IMG/VR virus record: IMGVR_UViG_3300020419_000859
Reading direction: 5' to 3' (one strand)
Origin: a virus
Length of the DNA: 64,000 bases
Shown: piece by piece, positions 49,996 through 59,264 of the stretch
How positions within the stretch are numbered: the stretch's first letter is position 1
Layout of the letters: each line of letters starts with the position of its first letter
The notes under the pieces: model-generated
The model's input: the letters and a program-made list of their open reading frames with translations, nothing else
Told to the model about the DNA's origin: nothing
The model's database searches: none
Position numbers and translations under genes: made by a program

Positions 49996-50219
49996 TGATT
50001 AAGATGAATAGTAAAACTTTCTCGCAAGAGATTGAGACCACCGTACGTAAAGAAAAAATATCTTACATGGACGCAATCATACATTTGTGTGAACAAAAAG
50101 ATTTAGATCCAGGTAAAGTAAACTCATTTATTAATAAACAAATAAAAGAAAAATTGAAAGTTGAAGCGATGAACTTGAACATGTTAAACGTACCAAAACA
50201 AGGCTCGCTACCAGTATAG
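49995..50219 (+). CDS. 33: Late-promoter transcription co-activator gp33
   Basis: FS.EIE..V....SYMDAI...C......KEKLKVEA..LN; synteny with gp59. Confidence 0.85.
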   Translation: MIKMNSKTFSQEIETTVRKEKISYMDAIIHLCEQKDLDPGKVNSFINKQIKEKLKVEAMNLNMLNVPKQGSLPV

Positions 50220-50220
50220 A

Positions 50221-50826
50221 ATGCATGACGGATTTGACGTATTTAAAACATATCTAGCTATAAAACTTCACTTTACCACCGACTATGATTATATAGATTA
50301 TGGTGGTAAAGTGAATTGTAAACTAGAGACATTTACAAAAAGAAACGATAGGTATTTCTTTCACAAGTTAAGTAAACAATACGATAAATATGAGATATTA
50401 GACTTTTTTGTTGCAAATTTTTTAGATAATGATAAACAATGGGTCGGCAATTTATTACAAAAAGATGGAAAACAAGTTTATCTCAATTATAAAAAATACA
50501 AAGATGGTATTACTTACCACTTTAGAAATGATATGTTATTGGTTAATGATGACTTTACTTCTAGGTCTATTCGTTTTGATGATGGCTTGGGCTGTTCTAC
50601 TGGCCAGCATCCACGTTTGCTACAACTTCATATTCAGAAAAAGTTAAGCCACCAATCAATGGTGATTCTAGATTACCATTTAAACTTCATAAAACAATGG
50701 GACAAACAGATTACCGAAAAATTTGTATGGCCAATACTATCAAAACGACTTAAAAAGTACAAGAAATTCGTAAAATTCAACGAAACCGAGACTAAATTAA
50801 CGTTAAAGGACGTGTTTGTTCGCTAA
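50221..50826 (+). CDS. 59: Helicase loader gp59
   Basis: GFD..K.YLAIKLHFT..YDY..Y.GK, F.KR.D.YFF.KL, FFVANF. Confidence 0.88.
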   Translation: MHDGFDVFKTYLAIKLHFTTDYDYIDYGGKVNCKLETFTKRNDRYFFHKLSKQYDKYEILDFFVANFLDNDKQWVGNLLQKDGKQVYLNYKKYKDGITYHFRNDMLLVNDDFTSRSIRFDDGLGCSTGQHPRLLQLHIQKKLSHQSMVILDYHLNFIKQWDKQITEKFVWPILSKRLKKYKKFVKFNETETKLTLKDVFVR

Positions 50827-50832
50827 ATGTTC
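50818..50832. promoter_or_regulatory. Putative alphaproteobacterial LexA box
   Basis: GTTC-GCTAAAT-GTTC, 13 bp upstream of a -35 element. Confidence 0.5.
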
Positions 50833-50845
50833 TGGTATAATTAAC

Positions 50846-50874
50846 TTGCCATTTTGACGTTTTTCTGATATATT
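50846..50874 (+). promoter_or_regulatory. Sigma70-type promoter
   Basis: TTGCCA-17bp-TATATT. Confidence 0.65.
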
Positions 50875-50901
50875 ATACGTATATTTGAAAGGAAAAACAC
50901 T

Positions 50902-52053
50902 ATGAAAAAAATACTAATCACAGCAATACTAGTTAACACACTAATTCTGTTAACTCTATCTAACATCGCTAAGGCAGATCACAATGGTACTGAACATAAA
51001 TTTAACGGTATATCATTTTCAGCAAATGGTTCTGAAAACTACCAAGTTTTAGAAACAGATTTAGTTGAAAACAAATTAACAAAATTCGTAGATAAACAAT
51101 TAGAAAATCAAGACAAGACAGGTTTAGCTTCTTACATTGTTTATACAAATGGTAAGATTGTAATTAACAAAAACAATTGGAATGATGAGATTGTTAAAAA
51201 CAATGGTATGTTGAGGTCTAATTCAATGGGTAAAAGTTTAATTGCATATGTGACAGGTCATGCTGTTTGTAAGTATGGTTTAAACTTAAATAAAAAGTTA
51301 GATGATTGGGTTGTTATTGATAATACTTTATACGAAGATAATACATTATTACAAGTTTTAAATATGACTTCAGGTGATCACAATATAGTTGGTGAGAAGA
51401 AGTTTAGAGGTGATGGTTTTATTAACGGTGAAAAACATAAACAAGTTAACAATAAAACAGTTGCTTACAATATGATACACTTTAAAAATACAAATAAAGA
51501 GAAAGAAAACTCTCCATATAATTATAGTGCTTTATCAACAATGGTTGCAATCAATTATGTAATACACAAAATTGGTGTTGATAATTACGAGAAGTTTTTA
51601 ACAGAAATATTTACAGATCATGTTGGTGTAAAAAATAAAGTACACTTTCAAAAAATATCTTGGTCAAAACAAGATGATGATAAAGGTAATAGTAGATATA
51701 CATTTTTTGCTACTGCTGAGGATTACATTAGAATAGCTAACACACTAGTTAAAGATTACAATTCTGATACATGTATTGGTGATTATTTAAGAACTATATA
51801 CGAGAACAGAGTAAATAAAAATCATAAAGACTATGCTTCTAAAGGTGTAGCCGCTTATACAAAACAATACGGTGGTCAGTTTCATATGGGTTTAATTGGT
51901 ATGAATGACAAAGTTATATTTGGTTTAGACGGTGCAGGTGGTCAACAAATAGTTATTGATATGAATAGTGGTACAATAGTATATGTTGGTTCACTTGACA
52001 GACATTATAATTGGAAGAAATTAGTTTACAACGTAATGAAGAAAGGACTTTAA
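50902..52053 (+). CDS. Secreted serine hydrolase, beta-lactamase/PBP-like fold
   Basis: Signal peptide; SMGK (SxxK), LNMTSG, YNYS, G.GGQ.I.ID. Confidence 0.8.
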   Translation: MKKILITAILVNTLILLTLSNIAKADHNGTEHKFNGISFSANGSENYQVLETDLVENKLTKFVDKQLENQDKTGLASYIVYTNGKIVINKNNWNDEIVKNNGMLRSNSMGKSLIAYVTGHAVCKYGLNLNKKLDDWVVIDNTLYEDNTLLQVLNMTSGDHNIVGEKKFRGDGFINGEKHKQVNNKTVAYNMIHFKNTNKEKENSPYNYSALSTMVAINYVIHKIGVDNYEKFLTEIFTDHVGVKNKVHFQKISWSKQDDDKGNSRYTFFATAEDYIRIANTLVKDYNSDTCIGDYLRTIYENRVNKNHKDYASKGVAAYTKQYGGQFHMGLIGMNDKVIFGLDGAGGQQIVIDMNSGTIVYVGSLDRHYNWKKLVYNVMKKGL

Positions 52054-52155
52054 TGACATTGGGATACGGACTTGGTATGTTGTTTATGGGTATGATAGCA
52101 ATATTAGTAGGAGGCCTTTGTGTCTACTATGTTATTAATAAAGTAAAAGAAAGCG

Positions 52156-52518
52156 ATGACGAATAATGGAATGTGGGAAGATATGAAAACTATAGAAAAA
52201 TTAAAAAAGAAAGTAAAAGTTTTAACAGAAAATAAAACAAAAACAGTGATAAAAGAACCAGAAAAAGTATTAAACAAGGTTACACCTTTACATGATTTCT
52301 CATGGTATTTAAAATGGTTAAGTTGTATTTTAATATTATCAGCAGTATGTTTCAGAGCCAGTGGTGGTGCGTTTCATATGTTTGATTTATATTTCAGTTT
52401 TGCAGGTACACTAGGTTGGTTATGGGTAGGTATACTATGGCATGACCGTGCATTAATGGTATTGAATACAAGTTTAGCAATGGTATTAATGATAGGTATT
52501 TTAAAATCTTATGTCTAA
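52156..52518 (+). CDS. Three-TM membrane protein (DUF6552-like)
   Basis: WYLKWLS, G..GWL.VG.LW.DRAL..LN. Confidence 0.55.
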   Translation: MTNNGMWEDMKTIEKLKKKVKVLTENKTKTVIKEPEKVLNKVTPLHDFSWYLKWLSCILILSAVCFRASGGAFHMFDLYFSFAGTLGWLWVGILWHDRALMVLNTSLAMVLMIGILKSYV

Positions 52519-53383
52519 AGTATTTGTAGTAGCAAACGGCGAAAGTCGTAAAGGGTACGATTTAAATAAACTAAAAGGTAAAGGTAGAATATATGGTTGT
52601 AATGCCATATATAGAGATTTTACACCAGATGTTTTAGTTTGTGTAGATCAAGCTATATCACATGAAGTTTATAACAGTGGTTACTGTGATAACAACGAAA
52701 CATATTTTAGAAACTGGACAAGATTACCTGGTATGTTATATGAGTCTATGATAAATGCAGGCGCAGGTATAACTGCCGATGAAATGAAAATAGTTAAAGA
52801 AGAAAAACTAGTTAATGAAAATGAACGTGGCGATTGTCAAGAGTTTGTAATGCATGGTTCAAATATATCTGGTGCAGTTAAAGTATTAAAAATGAATAAG
52901 AGTGTTGAATCTAAAAATGTAAATCATACAGCTATTGATGTAAGTTGGTGTAAACCATTTAGTAAAGAACAATCACTTGACGATGTAATGAAGCCTAGAG
53001 ATTGGGGTTGGTCTTCTGGTACTACAGCGGCTGCCTTGGCAGTATTGAACGAGACACAACCAAAGGCAGATAATCCTGAAGAAACAATTAGTTTAGAAAT
53101 GTATCTAATTGGCCATGATTTAGGAAGTAATACAGACAAGATTAATAATTTATACAAAGATACCAAATACTATGGTCTAAAAGAACAACAACAAGTACCA
53201 CCAACAAACTGGATTGGTCAGTTGACTAAACTGATAAAAGAGAATCCAGCAGTGACTTTCTATAAAGTCAATCCAAAGGCAGATGAGGGTGGTGATCATA
53301 TTAATAGTAAAGTAAAAGAGTGGGAAGGCTGTAAAAACGTCTTTTATATTGATTATCCTACTATGGAAACATTAGTTTCGTAG
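52511..53383 (+). CDS. Conserved protein with DUF115/sialyltransferase-like Rossmann motifs
   Basis: VVANGESR, IYGCNAIYRDF.PD.LV.VD, WSSG..A..LA, YLIG.D. Confidence 0.5.
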   Translation: MSKVFVVANGESRKGYDLNKLKGKGRIYGCNAIYRDFTPDVLVCVDQAISHEVYNSGYCDNNETYFRNWTRLPGMLYESMINAGAGITADEMKIVKEEKLVNENERGDCQEFVMHGSNISGAVKVLKMNKSVESKNVNHTAIDVSWCKPFSKEQSLDDVMKPRDWGWSSGTTAAALAVLNETQPKADNPEETISLEMYLIGHDLGSNTDKINNLYKDTKYYGLKEQQQVPPTNWIGQLTKLIKENPAVTFYKVNPKADEGGDHINSKVKEWEGCKNVFYIDYPTMETLVS

Positions 53384-53388
53384 GAACA

Positions 53389-53417
53389 TTGCCATTTTAG
53401 CGTAGATATGGTATATT
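53389..53417 (+). promoter_or_regulatory. Sigma70-type promoter
   Basis: TTGCCA-17bp-TATATT before ORF 53425-53616. Confidence 0.6.
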
Positions 53418-53424
53418 AGAGCTT

Positions 53425-53616
53425 ATGAGTAAACCAAACAAGCAAGTGATTAAGATTAACAATTATGTTCGTTATTGGGATAGAAGTGTTGATAATGGTC
53501 ATAACTTTGAAGTTGTGATGACCGATGGTTCAATGTTAGAAATACAAATGCGTTGGCCAAAGGGTGAAGATAGATTAAATAAACCTGGTAGAGCTCATAA
53601 GAACTTGTATAAATAA
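53425..53616 (+). CDS. Hypothetical protein
   Basis: ORF following a promoter. Confidence 0.45.
   Translation: MSKPNKQVIKINNYVRYWDRSVDNGHNFEVVMTDGSMLEIQMRWPKGEDRLNKPGRAHKNLYK
53608..53615 (+). promoter_or_regulatory. T4-type late promoter
   Basis: TATAAATA upstream of gp32. Confidence 0.6.
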
Positions 53617-53679
53617 CTATGATACCGATAATATAGGTAACACAAATACAATATACAAATAATATAGGAGAAAAATAAT

Positions 53680-54567
53680 ATGGATTTTGAAGCATTAAAA
53701 TCATCATCAAGTGGCTTTGACAAATTAACTAAAGCTCTTGAAACAAACCTCAATCCTGAGGATCAATCAAACAAAAACAAATATCAAGACGACAGATTTT
53801 GGAAACCAGAGTTAGATAAAACTGGTAATGGCTATGCTGTTATTAGATTTTTACCTGCTATTGAGGGAGAAGACTTACCATGGCAACGTGTATGGTCTCA
53901 TGCCTTCCAAGATAAAGGTGGTTGGTATATTGAAAACTCATTAACAACATTAAGTCAAAAAGATCCTGTGTCCGAAGAAAACACAAGATTGTGGAATACT
54001 GGTGTTGATAGTGATAAAGAAATTGCTAGAAAGAGAAAAAGAAAATTATCTTATTACTCAAATATTCTAGTAGTATCTGATCCTAAACATCCAGAGAATG
54101 AGGGTAAAACTTTCTTGTTTAAATTTGGTAAGAAAATCTTTGATAAGATTACTGAAGCAATGCAACCAGCATTTGAAGACGAGAAACCAATCAACCCATT
54201 TGATTTTTGGAAAGGTGCAAACTTTAAACTAAAAATCAGAAAAGTAGATGGTTATTGGAACTACGATAAATCTGAATTTGAGGCAGTGTCGGCTATTGCT
54301 GACGGTGATGACAAGATTAAAGAAATCTGGTCAAAACAATATCCTCTAAAACCATTCTTGGCACCTGATAATTTCAAGTCCTATGACGAACTCAAAGAGA
54401 AGCTGAATAGGGTTATATCGGGTACGAGAAGCACTAAAACTGTTGAGAGTGATGAGCTCCCGCCAGCACAATCAGCACCTAGTGTAAAAAGTATGGAAAG
54501 TACAAGTCCAGCTAGTGATGATGACGATACGTTATCTTACTTTAGTAAATTAGCTGAAGACGAATAA
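53680..54567 (+). CDS. 32: Single-stranded DNA-binding protein gp32
   Basis: DDRFWKP..DK.GNG.AVIRFLP, WYIENSLTT, FKFGKKIFDKI, GANFKLK, NYD.SEF, acidic tail. Confidence 0.96.
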   Translation: MDFEALKSSSSGFDKLTKALETNLNPEDQSNKNKYQDDRFWKPELDKTGNGYAVIRFLPAIEGEDLPWQRVWSHAFQDKGGWYIENSLTTLSQKDPVSEENTRLWNTGVDSDKEIARKRKRKLSYYSNILVVSDPKHPENEGKTFLFKFGKKIFDKITEAMQPAFEDEKPINPFDFWKGANFKLKIRKVDGYWNYDKSEFEAVSAIADGDDKIKEIWSKQYPLKPFLAPDNFKSYDELKEKLNRVISGTRSTKTVESDELPPAQSAPSVKSMESTSPASDDDDTLSYFSKLAEDE

Positions 54568-54603
54568 TCCTAAACCGTTCCCTCCGTTTAGACAACATAC
54601 TTT

Positions 54604-54633
54604 AAGGGCTACTAGAAATAGTAGCCCTTTTTT
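54604..54633 (+). terminator. Rho-independent terminator
   Basis: AAGGGCTACTA-GAAA-TAGTAGCCCTT followed by a T run. Confidence 0.85.
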
Positions 54634-54636
54634 CGT

Positions 54637-54644
54637 TATAAATA
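54637..54644 (+). promoter_or_regulatory. T4-type late promoter
   Basis: TATAAATA before gp2. Confidence 0.75.
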
Positions 54645-54650
54645 TACCGT

Positions 54651-55181
54651 ATGGCAGTAAGTATACTAGATACATTAGTTGATAAGGCTGATGGCGCTAC
54701 GAAATCAGCGTCATGGTACAGACGTGCTGTAGGGTCTATTGCAGACAGAATAACAGCCAGAAAACTAATTAGACAGAATAAATTGATTGGTAGACCAAGT
54801 GTTGGTAGATTAAATCTCTTTGTTTATGATCCTAAATATAAACAGACATTGCCATATTACGATGTGTTTCCTCTAGTTTTACCACTAGAGACAATAAAGG
54901 GTGGTTTTGCAGGTATTAATTTTCATTATCTGCCACCAAACCAAAGATTTACTTTATTGACACAATTACAAACGTTTAACGTACAAGGTGGTGAAGTAAA
55001 CAGTAGCAATAGATTTGATGTAAGTTATAACAGAATTAAAAAGTTACCGTTGGCAAAAGGTTGTATTAAGAAATATCTATATAGTCATATGAGAAGTAGA
55101 TTTTTAAAGATAGACTATGACGAAGCTGCATTAGCAGTATATTTACCAATTGCTGACTTTAAGAAAGGGAGACCATATTAA
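54651..55181 (+). CDS. 2: DNA end protector gp2
   Basis: F.YDPKYK..LPYYD.FPL, G.N.HYLPP..R, CIK.YL.SH.RS. Confidence 0.88.
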   Translation: MAVSILDTLVDKADGATKSASWYRRAVGSIADRITARKLIRQNKLIGRPSVGRLNLFVYDPKYKQTLPYYDVFPLVLPLETIKGGFAGINFHYLPPNQRFTLLTQLQTFNVQGGEVNSSNRFDVSYNRIKKLPLAKGCIKKYLYSHMRSRFLKIDYDEAALAVYLPIADFKKGRPY

Positions 55182-56161
55182 TGGCGATTTTAAGAGGCGG
55201 AAAAAGAATAGGCGGATACGATATTAGAATTGGTATACCAAGAGACAGGTCATTAGACAATGTTACCGGTGATCCAAGATTAAAACGTACACAAGGTGGT
55301 AATCCTGAATCTACAATGGGTAGAGTACAATCAATGGTCAATGAGGCCGAAGGCTTTGCTCGTAAGGCAAGATTTTATGTTGAGTTTCAATTACCATCAT
55401 CTTTAGGTGGTGGTCCTGATGGTTCAGCAGGTTCAGTATCTTCATCAATGACAGATGAAACATATGGTTCATTTAGAACTAGTGCCGATATGAATGCTAT
55501 TCATATAGCAAATGGTAGACGTGTTCAAGCATTTTGTTCAGCAATAGAAATGCCTGATAGAGAAATAATTACAAAAGAAGTTAGACATGGTAATACACCA
55601 GCAAGACACGTAGCATACGATTTTAAATCAGCAGAAATAACAGCAACATTTTATGCTGATAAATTTTTAAGAGAGAGATCATACTTTGAAGCATGGCAGG
55701 CTGCCGCTTTTAGTACAAAGTCTTTTAACATGAACTATTACAAGAATTATGTTGCTGACATGAGAATATACCAATTAGGACAATTTGCGTCAAGACAAGA
55801 ACGAGACGATATAACATATGCAGTACAATTGTTTGATTGTTTACCAACAAATATTAGTAAAGTAGAATATTCTCACGATGAAAATACAGTACAGACTTTT
55901 TCTGTCACATTTAAATTTATGTATTGGATTAATTTCTTTCTTGATAAACAAGGCGAGATAGAATTAGGTCAATCTACATTTAATCAACCGACAGTAAAAC
56001 AAAATTCAGGTTTATTAGGTGGTTTATTAGGTAAACTACCACCAGAATTGAGACGAGCAGGTAGAGACGTGTTGAACAATTTGAGACGTAGAGTACCACT
56101 AGGTAAAATTACCGGTGGTAGAGCGTTCCCACCGTTCAAACTACCACCAATAAATATATAA
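55181..56161 (+). CDS. 54: Baseplate-tail tube initiator (gp54/gp19-like fold)
   Basis: AR..RF.V, C..IEMP.R, F..W, Y..NY...I.Q, L....P..I......S, F.VTF. Confidence 0.65.
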   Translation: MAILRGGKRIGGYDIRIGIPRDRSLDNVTGDPRLKRTQGGNPESTMGRVQSMVNEAEGFARKARFYVEFQLPSSLGGGPDGSAGSVSSSMTDETYGSFRTSADMNAIHIANGRRVQAFCSAIEMPDREIITKEVRHGNTPARHVAYDFKSAEITATFYADKFLRERSYFEAWQAAAFSTKSFNMNYYKNYVADMRIYQLGQFASRQERDDITYAVQLFDCLPTNISKVEYSHDENTVQTFSVTFKFMYWINFFLDKQGEIELGQSTFNQPTVKQNSGLLGGLLGKLPPELRRAGRDVLNNLRRRVPLGKITGGRAFPPFKLPPINI

Positions 56162-56179
56162 TAATTAGGAGATAATATT

Positions 56180-56914
56180 ATGGCATTACCAGTAATAGAA
56201 ACACCGACATATGAGTTGACTCTTCCATCACAAGACACAAAAGTTAGTTTTAGACCTTTTCTTGTTAAAGAAGAAAAGTTAATGTTAATAGCTCTAGAGT
56301 CAGGTGAAGAAAAACAAATACAAGAGGCAACTAAAAAAATATTGGCTGCCTGTACATTTAATAAAATAGATGTAGAAAACTTACCAACATTTGATATAGA
56401 GTATATGTTCTTACAAATAAGAGCAAAGTCAGTTGGTGAGATATCAAAATTTAAAGTAATTTGTCCAGACGATAAGACAACTTATACAGATATAGAAATA
56501 GACTTAACAAAAGTTGAGGTTCAAGTTGATGATAATCATACAAACAAAGTAGTAATTGATGACACTAGGCAATTGGGTGTTGTTCTCAAATATCCTACAA
56601 TGTCAATGATGACCAAAACAAACTTGAAAGACGCCGACTATGACACAGCCTTTGATTTAATGGTTGGTTGTGTACATGAAATATTTGAAGGCGAGAAGAT
56701 ATATCCTGGACAAGATAGTACAAAAGAAGAACTGAAAGATTTTTTAGAAAAGTTACCACAAGGTGCTTTTGATAAAATTAGAGTATTTTTTGACACTATG
56801 CCTAGATTGAGACATGAACAAGAAGTCACAAATCCAAAGACAGGTGTTAAAAGTACAGTGACCTTTAGTGGTCTACAAGATTTTTTCGGATTGGCCTCAC
56901 CCATAACAGCCTAG
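56180..56914 (+). CDS. 26: Baseplate hub assembly protein gp26
   Basis: MALP...PTYEL.LPS, FRPFLVKEEK, FD.EY.FL.IRAKSVGE, FF.TMP.L.H, GL.DFF. Confidence 0.9.
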   Translation: MALPVIETPTYELTLPSQDTKVSFRPFLVKEEKLMLIALESGEEKQIQEATKKILAACTFNKIDVENLPTFDIEYMFLQIRAKSVGEISKFKVICPDDKTTYTDIEIDLTKVEVQVDDNHTNKVVIDDTRQLGVVLKYPTMSMMTKTNLKDADYDTAFDLMVGCVHEIFEGEKIYPGQDSTKEELKDFLEKLPQGAFDKIRVFFDTMPRLRHEQEVTNPKTGVKSTVTFSGLQDFFGLASPITA

Positions 56915-57072
56915 AGGCGTACTTTGAAGTAAATTTTTCGCTAATGCAACATCATAAATATAGCATTAGTGATTTAGAGAACATGATACCATGGGAACGT
57001 GATGTATATGTTCAAATGTTAATTAATTATATAAAAGAAGAAAACGAGAAAAGACAAAGGGAGAAACAGTAA
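56887..57072 (+). CDS. 51: Baseplate hub assembly catalyst gp51 (-1 frame; first ATG only at 56944)
   Basis: H.SLE.Y...NF.LMQHHKYS..DLENMIPWERD.Y..L...IKEEN. Confidence 0.8.
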   Translation, partial: RIGLTHNSLEAYFEVNFSLMQHHKYSISDLENMIPWERDVYVQMLINYIKEENEKRQREKQ

Positions 57073-57368
57073 TGGAAACTGAAACAAAAAAAGTAAATTT
57101 AGAATTAGAGATTGACACTAATACTGTTGACTCTAGTAAAAACAGATATCAAGGTTTAATTGATCTTGCAAAAGCAATAGACAGTTGGAGAATATTTCCT
57201 AGAGTATTCATCACTACATATATTTTCTTACTATACAAAGTAGTAATATGGTATATGGAACTACAGGCACCTACTATGGAACAAAGTGGGTTAGTATCAA
57301 TAGTTGTTGGTGCTGGCGCTGCCTGGTTTGGTTTATACACAGGAAGTAGAGCAAAATCAACTAAATAG
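57072..57368 (+). CDS. Two-TM membrane protein
   Basis: D.WRIFPR.F, W.M.L..PT.EQ.G.VS.VVGA.AAWFGLY. Confidence 0.55.
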   Translation: METETKKVNLELEIDTNTVDSSKNRYQGLIDLAKAIDSWRIFPRVFITTYIFLLYKVVIWYMELQAPTMEQSGLVSIVVGAGAAWFGLYTGSRAKSTK

Positions 57369-57374
57369 TATTAT

Positions 57375-58799
57375 ATGGCATTACCATCAGTAGACACACA
57401 AACAAACGACCAAACTCAATTAGCAATTGACAAGTTAGGTAAATCAATAATGGAAAAAGCATCCATGTCAATACAAGGTGCTACAAAGGCCATTATACCA
57501 AATATACCTAAAATGATCAATGAGTTAACAATGGATTTAGAGAAAGGTCCTATTACTAGTTTTGGCAGAGTTATAAAAAAACTAGAGTCTATGGTACAAT
57601 CATTAGGTTTAGATTTAAGAGAATACAATCAAGACTTGGCTAAACTATTACAAGATAGAGAAGAAAAGGCCGTTAAATCAGAGGCAGCGGTACAAAGATT
57701 AAGAGAGCAAGGTGTTATTGCACGTGTTAATCAGACAACAAAAGAAGTCAAGATATTATCTAAACATGAAATCAAACAAGAAGAAAAGGCCATAAAATTA
57801 AGAGAACAAAAAATAACAAAACTAGAATTACAATTAAAGAAAGACGCTCACAAACTACAAACACGTATGTTTGGTAAAGATGAAAATCAGGCGAACACAA
57901 AGAAAAAAATACAAGAAAATTCTGTTAAGTTAGAAGAACTAAAAGCACTTCAAGAACAAAAACAAACTGATATATCTACAGGCACTACTGCTGACACAGG
58001 TAGAAGTAAACCATTGCCAATGTTTGTAGAAGAATTAAAAGGTGCATTTATGGAACCATTTGCAGCCATAGGTGAATCGTTTAATATGTTGAAAGAAACA
58101 GGTAAAGGTTCTGCTGAGTTAGTTAATTTCTTGACAGGTGGTATATTCTTAAAAGCATTTAAAGGTTTAACAAGAGGTCTTAAAGCAATTGGTGGTTTCT
58201 TTACATTGGCTAGATTAGCTCTAGTTGCTAAATTTGCATTGATTATAGGTGCTATTACATTTGTTGCAGCTAAAATAAAATCTATTGTTGGTTTCTTTCA
58301 AAAGATACTTGATTGGTTTAGAAACTCACGTTTAGGTAAATTATTAGGTTTATCAAAAGAAACACCTGAAGAAAAGGCAGAGAGAGAATATCAATCAGAG
58401 AACTTTGGTCTTAATGATGGTTTTGATGAACTAGACAGCCATTTCAAAGGTACGCCAAAAGAAGAAATGCCAAAAGAAGATGTACCAAAGGCTGAAATGA
58501 AAAAAATGGACAATACAGAGTCAACAACTATAGTACCTCAAAGTGATGGTGAAATTAAAGAAAAAGTTAAATCTTTCTTTAAAGGTTTATTTGAGAAAGC
58601 AACTAACATGAAAGACAAAGCTGTTGAGTTTGCTCAGGCACAAAAAGATAGCGCATTGAACAATCAAACTGTAGTAGTTAATAATGCACCAACCACTGTA
58701 TCACAAAATCAATCAGGAACAGTTGTGTCAGGTTATGTAAATAATAAACCAGACGAAACAATAATCAATACGTCAAGTAATAATTGGCGAGATATTTAA
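57375..58799 (+). CDS. Putative tape measure / baseplate hub (gp29-like)
   Basis: Coiled coil, central G/A/F-rich amphipathic part, C-terminal VVNNAP..V; lies between gp51 and gp4. Confidence 0.55.
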   Translation: MALPSVDTQTNDQTQLAIDKLGKSIMEKASMSIQGATKAIIPNIPKMINELTMDLEKGPITSFGRVIKKLESMVQSLGLDLREYNQDLAKLLQDREEKAVKSEAAVQRLREQGVIARVNQTTKEVKILSKHEIKQEEKAIKLREQKITKLELQLKKDAHKLQTRMFGKDENQANTKKKIQENSVKLEELKALQEQKQTDISTGTTADTGRSKPLPMFVEELKGAFMEPFAAIGESFNMLKETGKGSAELVNFLTGGIFLKAFKGLTRGLKAIGGFFTLARLALVAKFALIIGAITFVAAKIKSIVGFFQKILDWFRNSRLGKLLGLSKETPEEKAEREYQSENFGLNDGFDELDSHFKGTPKEEMPKEDVPKAEMKKMDNTESTTIVPQSDGEIKEKVKSFFKGLFEKATNMKDKAVEFAQAQKDSALNNQTVVVNNAPTTVSQNQSGTVVSGYVNNKPDETIINTSSNNWRDI

Positions 58800-59224
58800 G
58801 ATAAATCTTTTTCAGTTATAATTTTAAATTCAGCACCATTGTCTTTACAATATTTGGTAGCGGCTTGCCATTTAGCTTTATTTCGTATATACTCAAAACT
58901 TTCACGCATATATGATCTAGTCTTGCGACCAGTTGGTTTCTTTGGTGGCACACATTGACGTGATGGTTTAATCTCAATCAATAGTTTTTTACCTTGTTTT
59001 GTTCTTACAATGAAGTCTGGAAAATATCTATGCCATTTATTGTCAATAGGACTGTAGTACCGTATTGGTAACTCCTCACTTGCCCAATGGTCTATATCTG
59101 GATTTTTGTCTAGGTACACCATCATACGTCTTTCTAGTAAAGAACGATAAATAATATTAGTTGGATCGCCAACGTACTTACTAGGGTTGGCAGGTGTATA
59201 TTTTCCCTTAAAAGATTTCTTCAT
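58796..59224 (-). CDS. 4: Head completion nuclease gp4
   Basis: MKKSFKGKY.P.NP.KY.GD, YRS..ER, W.SEE..I.Y, HRYFPDF, EIKP, N.AKW.AA, F.I.TE. Confidence 0.92.
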   Translation of the reverse strand: MKKSFKGKYTPANPSKYVGDPTNIIYRSLLERRMMVYLDKNPDIDHWASEELPIRYYSPIDNKWHRYFPDFIVRTKQGKKLLIEIKPSRQCVPPKKPTGRKTRSYMRESFEYIRNKAKWQAATKYCKDNGAEFKIITEKDLS

Positions 59225-59230
59225 AACTGT

Positions 59231-59238
59231 TATAAATA
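59231..59238 (+). promoter_or_regulatory. T4-type late promoter between the divergent gp4 and gp48
   Basis: TATAAATA. Confidence 0.7.
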
Positions 59239-59264
59239 TACAAGTATATATAAAGGAATTAAAT

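Noticed and set aside
50902-52053. Antibiotic-resistance beta-lactamase
   Set aside because: The SxxK fold is shared by esterases and peptidases, and no clear class-defining KTG motif is present.
1952-57628. Numerous minus-strand and nested ORFs in the six-frame track
   Set aside because: They are antisense or alternate-frame shadows of well-supported + strand genes, with no motifs or SD. Only gp4 is accepted on the minus strand.
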